Below, piece after piece: positions 14,590-26,037 of a stretch of DNA of 64,000 nt. Numbering within the stretch: the first letter of the stretch is position 1; every line of letters starts with the position of its first letter. Below the pieces are notes generated by a model that had not been told where the DNA came from, searched no databases, and saw nothing but the letters and a program-made list of their open reading frames with translations. Source of the DNA: Lingula anatina (lineage: Eukaryota; Animalia; Brachiopoda); the NCBI GenBank assembly GCA_051362555.1, contig CM120640.1, positions 29,283,967-29,347,966 on the forward strand, read 5' to 3'. Both the position numbers and the translations under genes were made by a program.

Positions 14590-15298
14590 TAATTTGATTG
14601 AAAATTGTACATCTATTACTCTTTTGGAAGGAGATAATTATTCGGTGAGAAAAAGCGCCCTACATTTGCCAGGTAATAAGAACAGATTTCCGCCAATATG
14701 TGGCAGTTGGAGCACGCAAGAGGCCAGTAAAAGTTCATCATGGAGAGATTTAGAATCCATTAACAAAGTCATGAATTCCATTTCGAGCGAGTTGTCTTCT
14801 TGTTCAGTTAAGGTCAATTCTGACAGCATAAATGTCATATATTCTTAACGTGGGAAGTAAAAAGCACGAACTTCACTCCATCGCAATTGTTATTCACAAT
14901 TGCTGCAGTAAGAAACAAATAGCTATTTTCCCCCAATGGATACCCAGGTCGCTCAATCAAAAAGCCGATTTTTTTAGTAGAATTGTCGACAGAGACGATT
15001 GGAGTATCAATCACAAAGTTTTTCATTTTTTACAATCCCTTTTCGGTCGTTATGACAGGGATTTATTTGCCACTTATTACAACAAGAAATGCATTTTTTT
15101 TATTCGATAGCATGGTGCCCCGGAACGTCCGGGATAAACGCATTCAAATTTGATTGGTCCGAAGGAAATAACTGGATAGTGCCTCCTCCTAATTTGATAT
15201 GTAAAGTTTTGCGAAAATGCGTTAAAGATCGATCAAGGGCCACAGTTGTTATAACTGAATGGAGATCCTCTCCTTTTTGGCCTTTGTTGTTTGAATAA
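14590..15298 (+). pseudogene. DIRS/PAT-type retrotransposon pol remnant: RNase H plus adenine-methyltransferase-like domain, frameshifted; RT absent
   Basis: Three consecutive ORFs read GSWS..E...SSSWRDL..I, WIPRSLNQKADFFSR, DLFATYYNKKC..F.S...CPGTSGINAF..DW...NWIVPP..LI..VL and W.SSPFWPLL, the characteristic DIRS RNase H and MT signatures. Confidence 0.88.
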
Positions 15299-15492
15299 GA
15301 AGAGCACATAGTTGATTTACGCGTTTTGCCCAAAGACAAACCTCATTTTTAGCGGGAGATATTGCATTTTCAGCCTAAGGCCTCTTAAATTCGACATGAT
15401 TAACGTTAACGTTTTCCTTTTAAGCTTATTGGGAATTTTTTCATGAATGTTTTTCCATATTTTACCAGGCTTAGGATTGAAGAGAAACATCA

Positions 15493-16255
15493 TGCAAGCT
15501 GTGGCAAACAGTGGAATCGAGATGAACCGAGAGATTTCAAACCTCGTTGAGAAAATGCCCAGTTACATCATTCAATCCAAAAGTGACTCTAACAACGCCT
15601 GTTATTTTTCTTATTTTAATAAATGGTCACGATTTGCCAAAGGTAAATTACATTACTCATTTAATAGATACAAAATCCTCTTCACATGTTGTGAATCATT
15701 CACTTTACGCCATCAAGTGGGTACATGCTGGCAACAATTTTTCTGATCCCACCAATAAGGGTTACATCTAGTTTCTTCAAGATTCAGCAAATAGATTGTT
15801 AAAACCAAAAGTAGTTCGGAAAGACCCCATAAGCAAAGAGCTTTTAATTGAGTTATGCGATAACTACGCAGCTTGCCATGATTTGCTTTTTGTTATAGAA
15901 ACATATGGTGACATATCATTTTGTGTAGCTGCACCAGAAACATATGGTGACATATCATTTTGTGTAGCTGCACCAGTAGAGTGGAATAAGTTGCCAATTT
16001 TTATTAGACGAATAGAATCACAAGAATGTTTTAAAAAGGAATTGAAAACTCACATTTTACGACATTTTATTCATGAATTTTTAATTTTACATTAAAGAAA
16101 CCTTGGATTTTTTACTTTTATTACTGTTTATTACAATTTAGTCTAGTTCTGATTTATATAATATATATCTTAACTATTTTTATTTATAAACTTCTTAGTA
16201 TTTTACGTTGTACAGTCTATTTAACATTTTATGGATTTAAGACTCGAAATAAATA

Positions 16256-16298
<43 letters not shown>

Positions 16299-16841
16299 GA
16301 CTTGGCTATGATTTTACTTAGTTTATCTGGGTTTTTGCGTTACAATGAGCTTAGCAATTTGAAGTGTTACGGCATAAAAATATTCGACTAATATATGTCA
16401 GTATTTATTTCCAAAAGCAAATGCGATCATCTAAGACAAGGCGATGAAATATTGATCGCTAAAGGTCGAACCAGCGCTTGTCCTATTTCAATGCTGCAGA
16501 GATATGCGTCTTTGGCAGACATAGATTTTAGTTCCTGTAAGTTTTTGTTCAGACCATTGTTCAGGTCAAAAGGCGTAGCTAGGTTGATTTACAAAGATAA
16601 GCCTCTTAGTTACACAGCAGCAAAAGCTAACATAGTTTTTAGACTTAAGCTTCTCAAACCCGATTTGAACATCGGCCTTCATTCACTGAGATCCGGAGGA
16701 GCCACCGCCGCAGCAGCTGGAGACGTCAACGAAAGGTGCATCAAGAGACACGGGAGATGGAGATTGGACTCTAGTAAAGACATGTATATACAAGACGAGT
16801 TGCACAACATATTATCTGTATCTAAGCATCTAGATTTGTAA
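15493..16841 (+). pseudogene. Tyrosine recombinase of the same DIRS/PAT-type element, disrupted by stops, a frameshift and a LINE insertion
   Basis: N-terminal SAM-like part and RKDPI at ~15817. After the insertion: DLAMILLSLSGFLRYNEL (catalytic R), SKSKCD (K), GLHSLRSGGAT (HxxR), KRHGRW and KDMYI (Y). Confidence 0.92.
15898..16298 (+). mobile_element. 5'-truncated L2/CR1-group LINE 3' end with (ATT)n tail
   Basis: Encodes YGDISFCVAAPVEWNKLP..IR...S...FKKELKTH, a typical L2/CR1 ORF2 C-terminus, followed by an AT-rich UTR, AATAAA and a long (ATT)n tail ending at 16298. Removing it rejoins the YR text DLLFVI|DLAMIL. Confidence 0.85.
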
Positions 16842-16873
16842 TTATTTGTTAATTTGTTCAGCATTTTTTTTTT

Positions 16874-16925
16874 TGTTTGTTTGTTTGTTTGTTTGTTTGT
16901 TTGTTTGTTTGTTTGTTTGTTTTTG
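16874..16925. repeat. (GTTT)n microsatellite
   Basis: Visible tetranucleotide run just after the YR stop. Confidence 0.9.
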
Positions 16926-17537
16926 TTTAATGGCCGATTTAGAGGCAGCAACCCCTTTTTGTTTTATCGCTCCCTATCTTTGGTATTTTCTGTCGGCCGG
17001 GGTAGTCGGCAATTTAGTATTTGCCTTTGTTTTTTGTATGTTATATAGAATAGTAAAGACTGAATATTTTTCACGGTACAGCGTATAGTGAAAAATGATT
17101 GTCTTTGCGTTACTTCACAAGCATGTGACAGTACTGAGTAGTAGTCACAGGTGTGACAATTAGGTGTACTTCGCAGTAGCACTTCAGTTCTAGCCCGACG
17201 GCTTAGCAGTCAGGACACACTAAAATTTTATTTTATAAAATTTATATGGGTTTGTGAATTCAGAGTGAGGTCTGTCACTCATGCATCTATATTTTATAGG
17301 GCGATGATTTGTACAAGTTAGCATCATGGCTACAGACACAGTTTTCCATAGTGAATTTACTGTTTTGTATGAAAAAAACAGAGTGACGTCATGGTGTAGG
17401 GTGGAAGTAGGTTGACGCAGGCAGCTTGAAATTTCTAGTAAATCCGGCAATCCAACTTGACATCATCCTTTAAAAGCGCACGTTCTGTCGATAAACTTAC
17501 TTAGCAGCTACAGCAGTAAATTAACCGTCGGTACCAG

Positions 17538-18870
17538 ATGGCACAATCAGCAATCACTAAATTTTTGAGGGGCACTAGCTCAACTGTCAACTTTCAAGAT
17601 GGACGCGAGTCAGACGATGACCAGTCAAGTTCTATATGTCAACCCGGTTCCATGCGAGGTAGGCCAAACACACCCCCGATAACAACAGTCCGCCCTGTTG
17701 CACACCCGGTAACATCTTTTCCTACCCTTAGTTTCTGGCTTTCTTTAGCCAATTTGAGCGAAGAATGAAAAACATGTTGATTGACTTTGAGGAGCACCTC
17801 GACGATAAGATGAATATCGTTGATACAAAGATAAGAATGGCGGTTGACGAGGCATATCAACAAAGATAGCCCCTTATCAGATCTGAAAACTGATCTGGAG
17901 TTCATTAGCAATGAAATGCGCGAGAAAATTGCAATGCTTAGGGCCGAAAATTTAAAAAAATGAGGGACGAGCTAAACCAGGTATCATTGATTGCTAACTA
18001 GAACTCTCAGTACTGAAGAAGACTCCAAATAAGAGTCACCGGAGTCCCCCTTAGCGATAAAGAGGAAGGTGAACCATACAAAGTAGAGCACTGTATAAAT
18101 AGTTTGATGGATTCAATGTCTAAAACACAAATACACCCTAAGCTGGACTTTGATTCTATAGAAACCGCCCACAGGCTTCCTCCACGTTCCAAAAGTGTAC
18201 AAGTACAGTCAAAATCGCAGCATTCATGGTAAGATACAGGGGCGTAACCAGACCTTTTGAAATTGTACGCACAGATATTCAAAATTCCGAGGTACGGATA
18301 AATGTACACTTACGGAAACAGATAAAGGGCAGATCAATTTTAATGTGCCAAATATCATAGCTCAGTTTTCACCAGTAATAAAAACATCAGTTAAAGTTAC
18401 ATTCCGGCAATTTAATTAAGTTCCATTACATTATTTCACCCAGAACCAAAGCTTTTTCAAGGAATGGGGTACGGGCTATCCAAAATGGAGGGGTAAAAAT
18501 GAAATGAAAAAAATATTTAAAAAATAATAAATTTCAATGGGGAGGGAGGGTTAGAAATAAAGTAGTTTCGCCGTGTCTGAATAACAGCGTGCACTACAAA
18601 TTAAAGTAGTACTTATTCACATTGACGCATCATAAAGATCCAAGTCCGTCAGAGACGCCTTTGTTGGAAACAGATCCCATCTTAAGGGCACGAGATACAG
18701 GGTGTACGAGGACCTAAGTCAAATGAACAGAGTCCTTTTGAAAAAGGTTGGAGGAATATAGCTCAATAATAAGCTGTTGGTCTCATAAAGGGAAAATACT
18801 CGGCAAAACGAAGAATTGTGTGACTCTGGGTCTATCAAGTTACAGACAATCTTGACGAAGTAATAAGAGT
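17538..18870 (+). pseudogene. LINE ORF1p-like (L1/CR1-type coiled-coil + RRM + CTD) pseudogene, with stops, frameshifts and an internal insertion at ~18237-18590
   Basis: Manual translation gives a heptad region (..LKTDLEFISNEMREKIAMLRAEN..), then N*SQY*RRLQIRVTGVP and IETAHRLP. After the insertion: VRDAFVGNRSHLKGTRYRVYEDLS. These match the EQYSRR..IR..GVP, I..AHR and LKG....EDL motifs of this family. Confidence 0.75.
18237..18590 (+). mobile_element. MITE-like insertion beginning CAGGGGCGTAACCAG that interrupts the ORF1-like pseudogene
   Basis: Terminus resembles other CAGGGGCG- elements in the window and homology to ORF1 resumes at ~18600. The right end is not well defined. Confidence 0.45.
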
Positions 18871-19698
18871 AATGGAAAAAAGCACTGCCCAATTTTCCAG
18901 GCTCTCCAAGCTTTTTTCTTAAAGTTATAATACGCAATTCACTGTAAAGGAATTGCCACTGGGGTAATTCGAGCGGAATTATGTGAACGTGAAACGCCCA
19001 TGAACTCTCTTAAAATGAATGGAAAGAGTTGTATAACGTGTGTGTGTGATCTGTTATCTTGACTTCTCATTCAATAATCTAATGTTGAGTTATGCCTGAC
19101 ATGGCTATTTTTCTTTCATTCTTATGTGGGTTTCGTAGTCAGGTAGCTGACGAGAACATGTATTTAACCCTATAAATGGCCAGTTTATACCTTTTTTCAG
19201 TTAATTCGCAACTACTAGTGTACCATTATATTGGAATGCAGTCTGCAGTCTGCCTCGATCGCTGCTACGAGTTTGAACATTGAATAGGATTTCTTTGTGC
19301 CAGGGCCTGATAACACGTAAATATGTAATTATAGTTATATCCCTTGGTTACTAATTTTTAAGAGCACGGCGGCTTGAAAACGCAGAATAACTTCAATTGT
19401 AGTTCATGTAGATTTTTATTCTTCACACACGGGCTACAGGCTGGCACGCAGGCAGGGACAGTCGTGACGATCTCCCGGGGTCTCTCTCTTTCTACTTTAG
19501 AGGCCCAGTTTTTCTCATAAGCTCAGGTCAAAGCATCTCAATATTTATACAGTGCATGTGTCCTACATGTATCTTGATTATTGATTATTGATTATTGTGA
19601 TGTTCTCTACCATTCAGCGAGCTTAAGAAACCTCTTAAAACTATCTTCGATTCACTAACCAAGTGGGTTTACTGGTCCTGGGTGCTTTACCTGGTTCT

Positions 19699-19770
19699 GG
19701 CACACTCAAGGTACTACGACAACTGAACTGGACAACACTTAAAGACCGAAGGATAATGCATGCCAAAAAA
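19699..19770 (+). pseudogene. Small LINE ORF2 remnant
   Basis: Reads GTLKVLRQLNWTTLKDRRIMH, containing the L.W..L..RR motif found after the RT domain in CR1/L2 ORF2. The match is short. Confidence 0.45.
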
Positions 19771-20460
19771 AATAATGCTCTCAATTCACTATAATCCTCG
19801 GAAATGACTGCACTAACTTCAGAACGCAACAGGATAAAATTAACCTGTTCCTACACGGTTATAAATCTCTTACTTGTTGTCAAAACGACAGAATTTTTGT
19901 GATTGTCGCTAATTTCCTAATAGAAATTGTGCATTTATGAATTAGCCACTCGAACGCCCTCGGTCTGATTCCCGTCCACTGTCAACTCCCTCCCACAGCT
20001 GTCCTTCGATGTGATAGGCCCTAACCAACAAATTTATGTTTAATTATTATCCAGTATTTATCATAATGTGACCTTTTTCTCTATAACGAATATACATGTA
20101 TTAGTTACATTTTAAAGTTATCTCAGATGAGCATATAATGCTTATAGCATTTGCCATCTCCATATATATACACTAATCGTAATTCTCATAAACTAATTAA
20201 CGTGTTAAAATAAACTGTTTTGCATGCACAGTTTTATCTATGGTTTTTACTGGACAGCATGTTATTCTTAAGGAGATCTGTTTTACGTACAATTTATTCA
20301 GTATTGTATGATAATACTTATGACAACGGAGTCCAAAGTTAAGTAATCGGTATAAGATTAATTACATTCAATTTGTCATATTTCAGTTTGATACTTAAAG
20401 GGTATATTCAACATTTAATTTTCTTTTCTATTCTATCGCACAACACAGCACAAATAAATA

Positions 20461-20682
20461 CAGGCCCGTAGCCAACAGGTTCAAAAGGGGGGTTCTTTTT
20501 CCCAACAAGTGGACCTTTTACAATGAAACTATGGTGCACCTAGATCAAATTTCACCCAAATTGGACCTTTTCCTGAAAAAAAGGGCTGTTCTTTCGTACT
20601 CCCCGAACCCCCACCATCCACCCCCACCCCACCCCACCCCCACCCCACCCACCCCACCCCACCCACCCCGGCTGCGGGTCTG
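20461..20682 (+). mobile_element. Non-autonomous TIR element with 6-bp TSD (hAT6-like)
   Basis: CAGGCCCGTAGCC ... GGCTGCGGGTCTG termini, TAAATA on both sides, internal (CCCCA)n tract. Confidence 0.75.
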
Positions 20683-23600
20683 TAAATATTACACCCAATG
20701 CATTATATTTTTTGTTATTGAATTCCAATTCAAAGAAATAAAACCGACTCCCTTCTCCTATCGGCCTAACTAGTTGATCGGCTGGGCTAGTCGGCAAATT
20801 AGTATTTGCCTTTGTTTTATATTTACTATATAGAATAGTAAAGACTATAAATTCTGTAGGATCTTGAGTCTTCTGAATAAGGTTGATGGCTTCAACCCGG
20901 TGACTTGGCACTGCTGCCGATCTAGCGGAGATAGTCACTTCCAGCACTTCCTACTTCTTCCATTATTACCGTGTTGCGTTAGTTGTGCTGGGCCCCGTAA
21001 CTCGGAAAGCATTGCGCATTGCGACCGAGCGCAATCGTATCGATATCATAACTCGCCCATACTCGCCCGCTATAGTACATGGTAGCCTCTTTGTGATAGC
21101 ATTATTAGCAATACGCGATGCTTTCGATTTACGCAGCCCAGAGCTGGTGGTTGTGTGGTAGTTTATGTGGTCATTACCTGATGATGTTGCATCCAACTTA
21201 AATAGAATATCCATATAGATCCGTCACATGTACTTATCTGTGGAAGACAAATATAGACAATGTAGCCTATTTAAATATGCAGAGGTTATTTAATCATTAA
21301 AATGCCTCGATGAATAAACATAAACAATATATGTAAAATGATTTATCAAAAAGACACCATAAATGCGTCATTCTACCTCTACTTAAAAAAGATCTGATGA
21401 TCGGATATAAATATCCTGAAAATCAGATTGTTTTTTTTTAATATGGTCAATTATATTATTTGTAAAACATTCTCCAGTAATTTATGTACATCAGTTGTTG
21501 TTTAATGCATAAGTATCAACATAAATATCCGATTAAATAACTTATAAATGTTATATGCAGTAGATTACATAAAAATCCGAACTGAAACATTTGTTCACAA
21601 ATGATCAAACAATCCATCAGCTTTATTAACTAAATATTTGCATTTATCGAGAACTTGAGTCTAAACATGACACATTTCTTATTTAAAACATCAGTTATCT
21701 CTCACATATTTTTTTTAAAGTTTCACGTTGGCACTATTTGTCTTCTTCTACAAACTCACCTCGTTCTTAATGAAATAAAAAAGGAAGGATTGGATATTTA
21801 TACAAATTAAATCTGCCTTTCGCTCATGGGCACATTAAACGGGCATTTACAGCAGATATATATAACCAACGCTTCTTTTGGCACTTCATGTGATAAAAAT
21901 AGTACTGAATCAAATTTCCGTCAGGTTTTATAGTATTCCATACCTTCTCTATCAACCTACATGTACATGTAGATACTTCGAATGCAATGTACCCCCCCCC
22001 CCCCTTTTTTTTTTTTTTTTTTTTTGAATTGGCGCTTGCCAGGCTTCCGGTAAATGCTTAAGAAGACGGGATTATTTCTTCATTGTCTTACTCATTAATG
22101 AAGAGCTTTGTTAAATGTTAACCAGCAGAACATCCGCCAACCGCAGAGAAAAAGTGAAAACAGCCGACTTCAGGTGGGTGGGCATGTGCAGACGACACAC
22201 AGATCAAAGCGTCAAATCCCGTCAAAGGTCGATCGCCTGCTGAGAAAACACGACAGCTTGAATAAATTCAACAACATTCTTCTTACTGAAACTCGATTTA
22301 CTTGCTGACACTTTGAAGGCTTGGTACCAATCAAAGAACCTTCTCTGTGCTCAGTTAATTTTACTTACACCACTCAGTATGTCAGTCTGTTTTTGTCGTT
22401 TATTTGCTTTTGAAGAGAAATTCAGTCTTGAATATGATATTGTAGTGCATTGCTACTAAAGATATCAGAGCGTGTATGTTTATGGGTTTTCGAACTTATT
22501 GTTAAAGTATTATTTTTATCGCTGTTAATATACCGTTGTTTATGAAACTCGCAGTTAAGGACTCCAAGATTTTGAAACGACCAAGATTCTAAAAAGCATG
22601 TAGCTGCAGAAGTAAGAAACGAAAATATTTCTTGAGTTAGCGAAAAAAAAGATAATTAAATGGCGAATTGAAGTGTAATCTAATTGTTAAATCCAGCGGT
22701 CTAATCAAAGGAGACAGCCGGTTAATGTTGCTGCAATCTCACAGCTTCAGCTCGGTGAAATCATGTCGAAGATTAATAGAGCGCTCTTCACAGGAATCAC
22801 TTTTATCAAAGCAATTGACACTTTAGGAAAACAATTAAATCGATGAGTTTGAAGTAGATCCAGGTGCCCTCGCAGCAACGCTGGATCGCCCACGTCATTC
22901 TGCTCAGAGTGCGTTTTGCATACTCTTTACGAGAACTCTGGTATCAAACAGGGTCTTAAACGCCGAAGTTTATACGACTAAGTATTCGTCGGCTGCACGT
23001 GCTGTTAAGAGATCCGATAACAGGTGAATTATCAATAGAAGACCAGAATCAGCAGGATGGATCTCGGCATCAGCAAGATATAAACCTTTTACAGGCCGAT
23101 TATCCGAAAGAGAAAATAAAAAGAGCGATGCAGTAGTTAATTATGTTGCCACGTGTAAATTTAGTAAAAGGAGTCCCGATGCCGCTTTGACATCATGTCC
23201 ATTTATCAGCAAAATGAGCCTTCCTATCACGCCCAGAGTCAACTCTGCTCCGTGCGCTATCTCTAGTCAAGCGAATTAATGATATCAAACTTTAATTGCT
23301 ACTCATTGAAGATCGATTCTTCTGTCGAATCTCGCCACTCCGCTTATCCCACAATTATAACTTGGGGATCAGGAGGTTGTCATCTTAAAGTAATAAATTG
23401 AGGGATGTTTGATACCCCAACGTCGCACGCAGCAAGGAATAAAACTAATTGGAAGAGACTGGTGACAGACGCCGATGACAACAATTTTAATGGAGTTTCC
23501 AGAACTAATAGAATAATAAAATGTTTTAGCACGGCTTGAAAACTGTAATGTCAGTGGAAATTAAGCAAATGATTCTCCAGCTACCCGCTGTTCCACTCCG

Positions 23601-23861
23601 CATCTTGTTTGCGAAATACCTTTTCGTTTTTGTTGGAGCTATTTCTTACAGAAAGTTTGAAACTGGGAGCTAGTAAAGGGATCTTATTTATGAGACCCAG
23701 CAAATGCACTGCAGTGCACCGGCATCCAGAATTGGTTTTTTGATTTGTCGTTGAACCGACAGACTTAATCACTTTGTTCAAATAGAGTGTGTAGTGAAAA
23801 GTCCATGCATAGATAGGAGTGGATAAGAAAAGTCTACCGATTAACTGCGCCTGTACTCCAC

Positions 23862-23878
23862 TGTGTGTGTGTGTGTGC

Positions 23879-23915
<37 letters not shown>

Positions 23916-23938
23916 GGGGAGAGAGAGAGAGAGAGAGA
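23862..23938. repeat. Compound (TG)n(AG)n microsatellite
   Basis: Seen directly. A (TC)n(AC)n tract with the reverse-complement arrangement lies at 24410-24460. Confidence 0.9.
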
Positions 23939-24408
23939 AAGTGAGATAGGGAGGAGGGGGTGCAAATATTTTTTTTACGCTACATAAGTTTATTTTAATG
24001 TTATTTTGACGAATCAACCAACCATAGTAAGCGATACATAAATTGATAGGCAAGCTTACATTTTGGACTTCTTTATATGGATAATAATTTTTTACTCTGT
24101 CAGTGGAGAATAATGTTTAATATGAAGCCCTACCATAAACTTTGCGAGATTATATTATGAAAAGAGAATAGCCGAACGAACTGAATATAACTGATTATTA
24201 GGTAGACTGCAGCAAGTCCTATACAAAGATAAGTCCTGCTGACAATTAGAATTAATTCAAATGGCTGCGACTATTTGAATAAGTGAAGAGAGGAAAACTA
24301 AAACAGGATTTGAAACTCTACGGCATCCCACCTTAAGTAATAATAAAAATGATGATTTATATTAACAAAAAGGACAATTTAATATGAATAGAATAATCTA
24401 CGTAAGAA

Positions 24409-24409
<1 letters not shown>

Positions 24410-24460
<51 letters not shown>
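24410..24460. repeat. Compound (TC)n(AC)n microsatellite
   Basis: Seen directly. Confidence 0.9.
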
Positions 24461-24463
<3 letters not shown>

Positions 24464-26037
24464 GATTGCCACAACTCTGACACCTGTTCTGCATTATAGA
24501 GGAAAGCTCGGGCCAGTGGCGCTTAATGATCAATTAGCGGGATGGTAAGTTATTCTTAATCTAGGACCCAATTCTAGCTTCAAGAACGAGCATTAGTATT
24601 ATAGAAAGAGAACTCTTTGTCAGATATTTCCATTGTGATTATTTCAGTTTGAACTTCGCCCCAGCATGTATCTGGCAAGAGTCATTAGGTTGCAAAAACA
24701 CAAGACTCCTGATTGTACCCCAAGCTTTATTAGCTTTAACGTTTGGCTGACTTGATAAAGCTCACATTCACCGCTACAAGGAGTAATTTGGCTGGAAGTC
24801 AAGAATGATTTCATTTTTTCGCTGTAACACTGAACGGGATTCCGGAGGACTAGGTTTAATAGCCATGTTTGCAGGTTTCCAACTCGATGAATGCTGTTAC
24901 TGCGCCTTTCTTATTCCCAGCAATTGAGGCGCTATTGACCAATATACTAGTAATCTTTACTGGTACAATTGTGTTGACTTAATCGAGACATGCAAGCCCG
25001 GCTGTGATTAATAAATTGATACGCTATCAGCCCCAAGTCAATCATTCCTGGCCAATAACGTCTTGATTGCCCTGTACTGAGCCATCAGCAGAACTGAAAA
25101 CTATATATTGCTTGAGCTCGCGGCCGTAAATCTTGAAGATTTAATACGAAGTAGGTTGCTAACGATTATTTTCTCGTCTATCATTTGACGTGATGGGGAT
25201 ATTGTTTTATGGTCTCTATTATGATGATAAATCTTTCACAGTGTTCTTCGTCAAATTGCCGTTAAGCAGTTTCCTTAAATAGCGTGCTTTGTGCAGCTTC
25301 AGAATCTTGTGTTCGATGATCTATTATTGAAAGGTTGCAAATTGCAAACATTGATGGGCAGTACTTTTGATAATCTTCCTATTACTACAAGCTAAGGTAT
25401 GCAGTGGCACTAGACGTGTTATTTGCTTACACGTTTAGACTAATTATATTCTGACTCCTATTTTTTCGTATTTCAGTGCGCACGAACAAGCAGAGAGGCA
25501 AGGCCTTCTTCAGTGTTACCCCGTATTGATAGCCTCCACACTCAAGCAGGCGATCAGATTATTGTCATTAATTTCCCACTGACAGGAATAAGAGCGGCGG
25601 GATATATAGCTACGTAGGCAGGCATGCGAGATCCAGCATTCATTTTCTCATTTAGCATCAGGCTTAGCACGAAAAGATCAACATTAACGCAAGCGGTGGA
25701 AGATAGGGCTCTACATTCTTCAGAGTTCCATCAAATCGCGGGCTATTGATTGGTTTAATTCTGTGGATGATTAGATCTCAATTGCACAGAGCGTGTACAA
25801 GGCTGGAGGCGAGCTTGCTGTTGTCAAACGAACCCAGGGATAATTGAACCAGATGGAAGCCGCATAATTGGGGGACTGCATATCCCTTCTGCACTTAGAA
25901 AGGAAATTAACAAGAATTAAATTGTCTGAGGATCGGTATTAGTTTGGAACGCAGATAGAGCAATTAGCTGATGTGAGGACAGGGGCGAAAATATTCGACT
26001 TCGCGACTTTACTGAGCGCTGTTTGACAATTACTGAA

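Noticed and set aside
14980-16841. Phage integrase plus DNA methylase as prophage or bacterial horizontal transfer
   Set aside because: The adjacent DIRS-type RNase H and the domain order RH-MT-YR are standard for eukaryotic YR retrotransposons.
19285-19310. 2A-like (DxExNPGP) motif at the start of a LINE ORF2
   Set aside because: Only ..DFFVPGP can be read, which is too degenerate to support.
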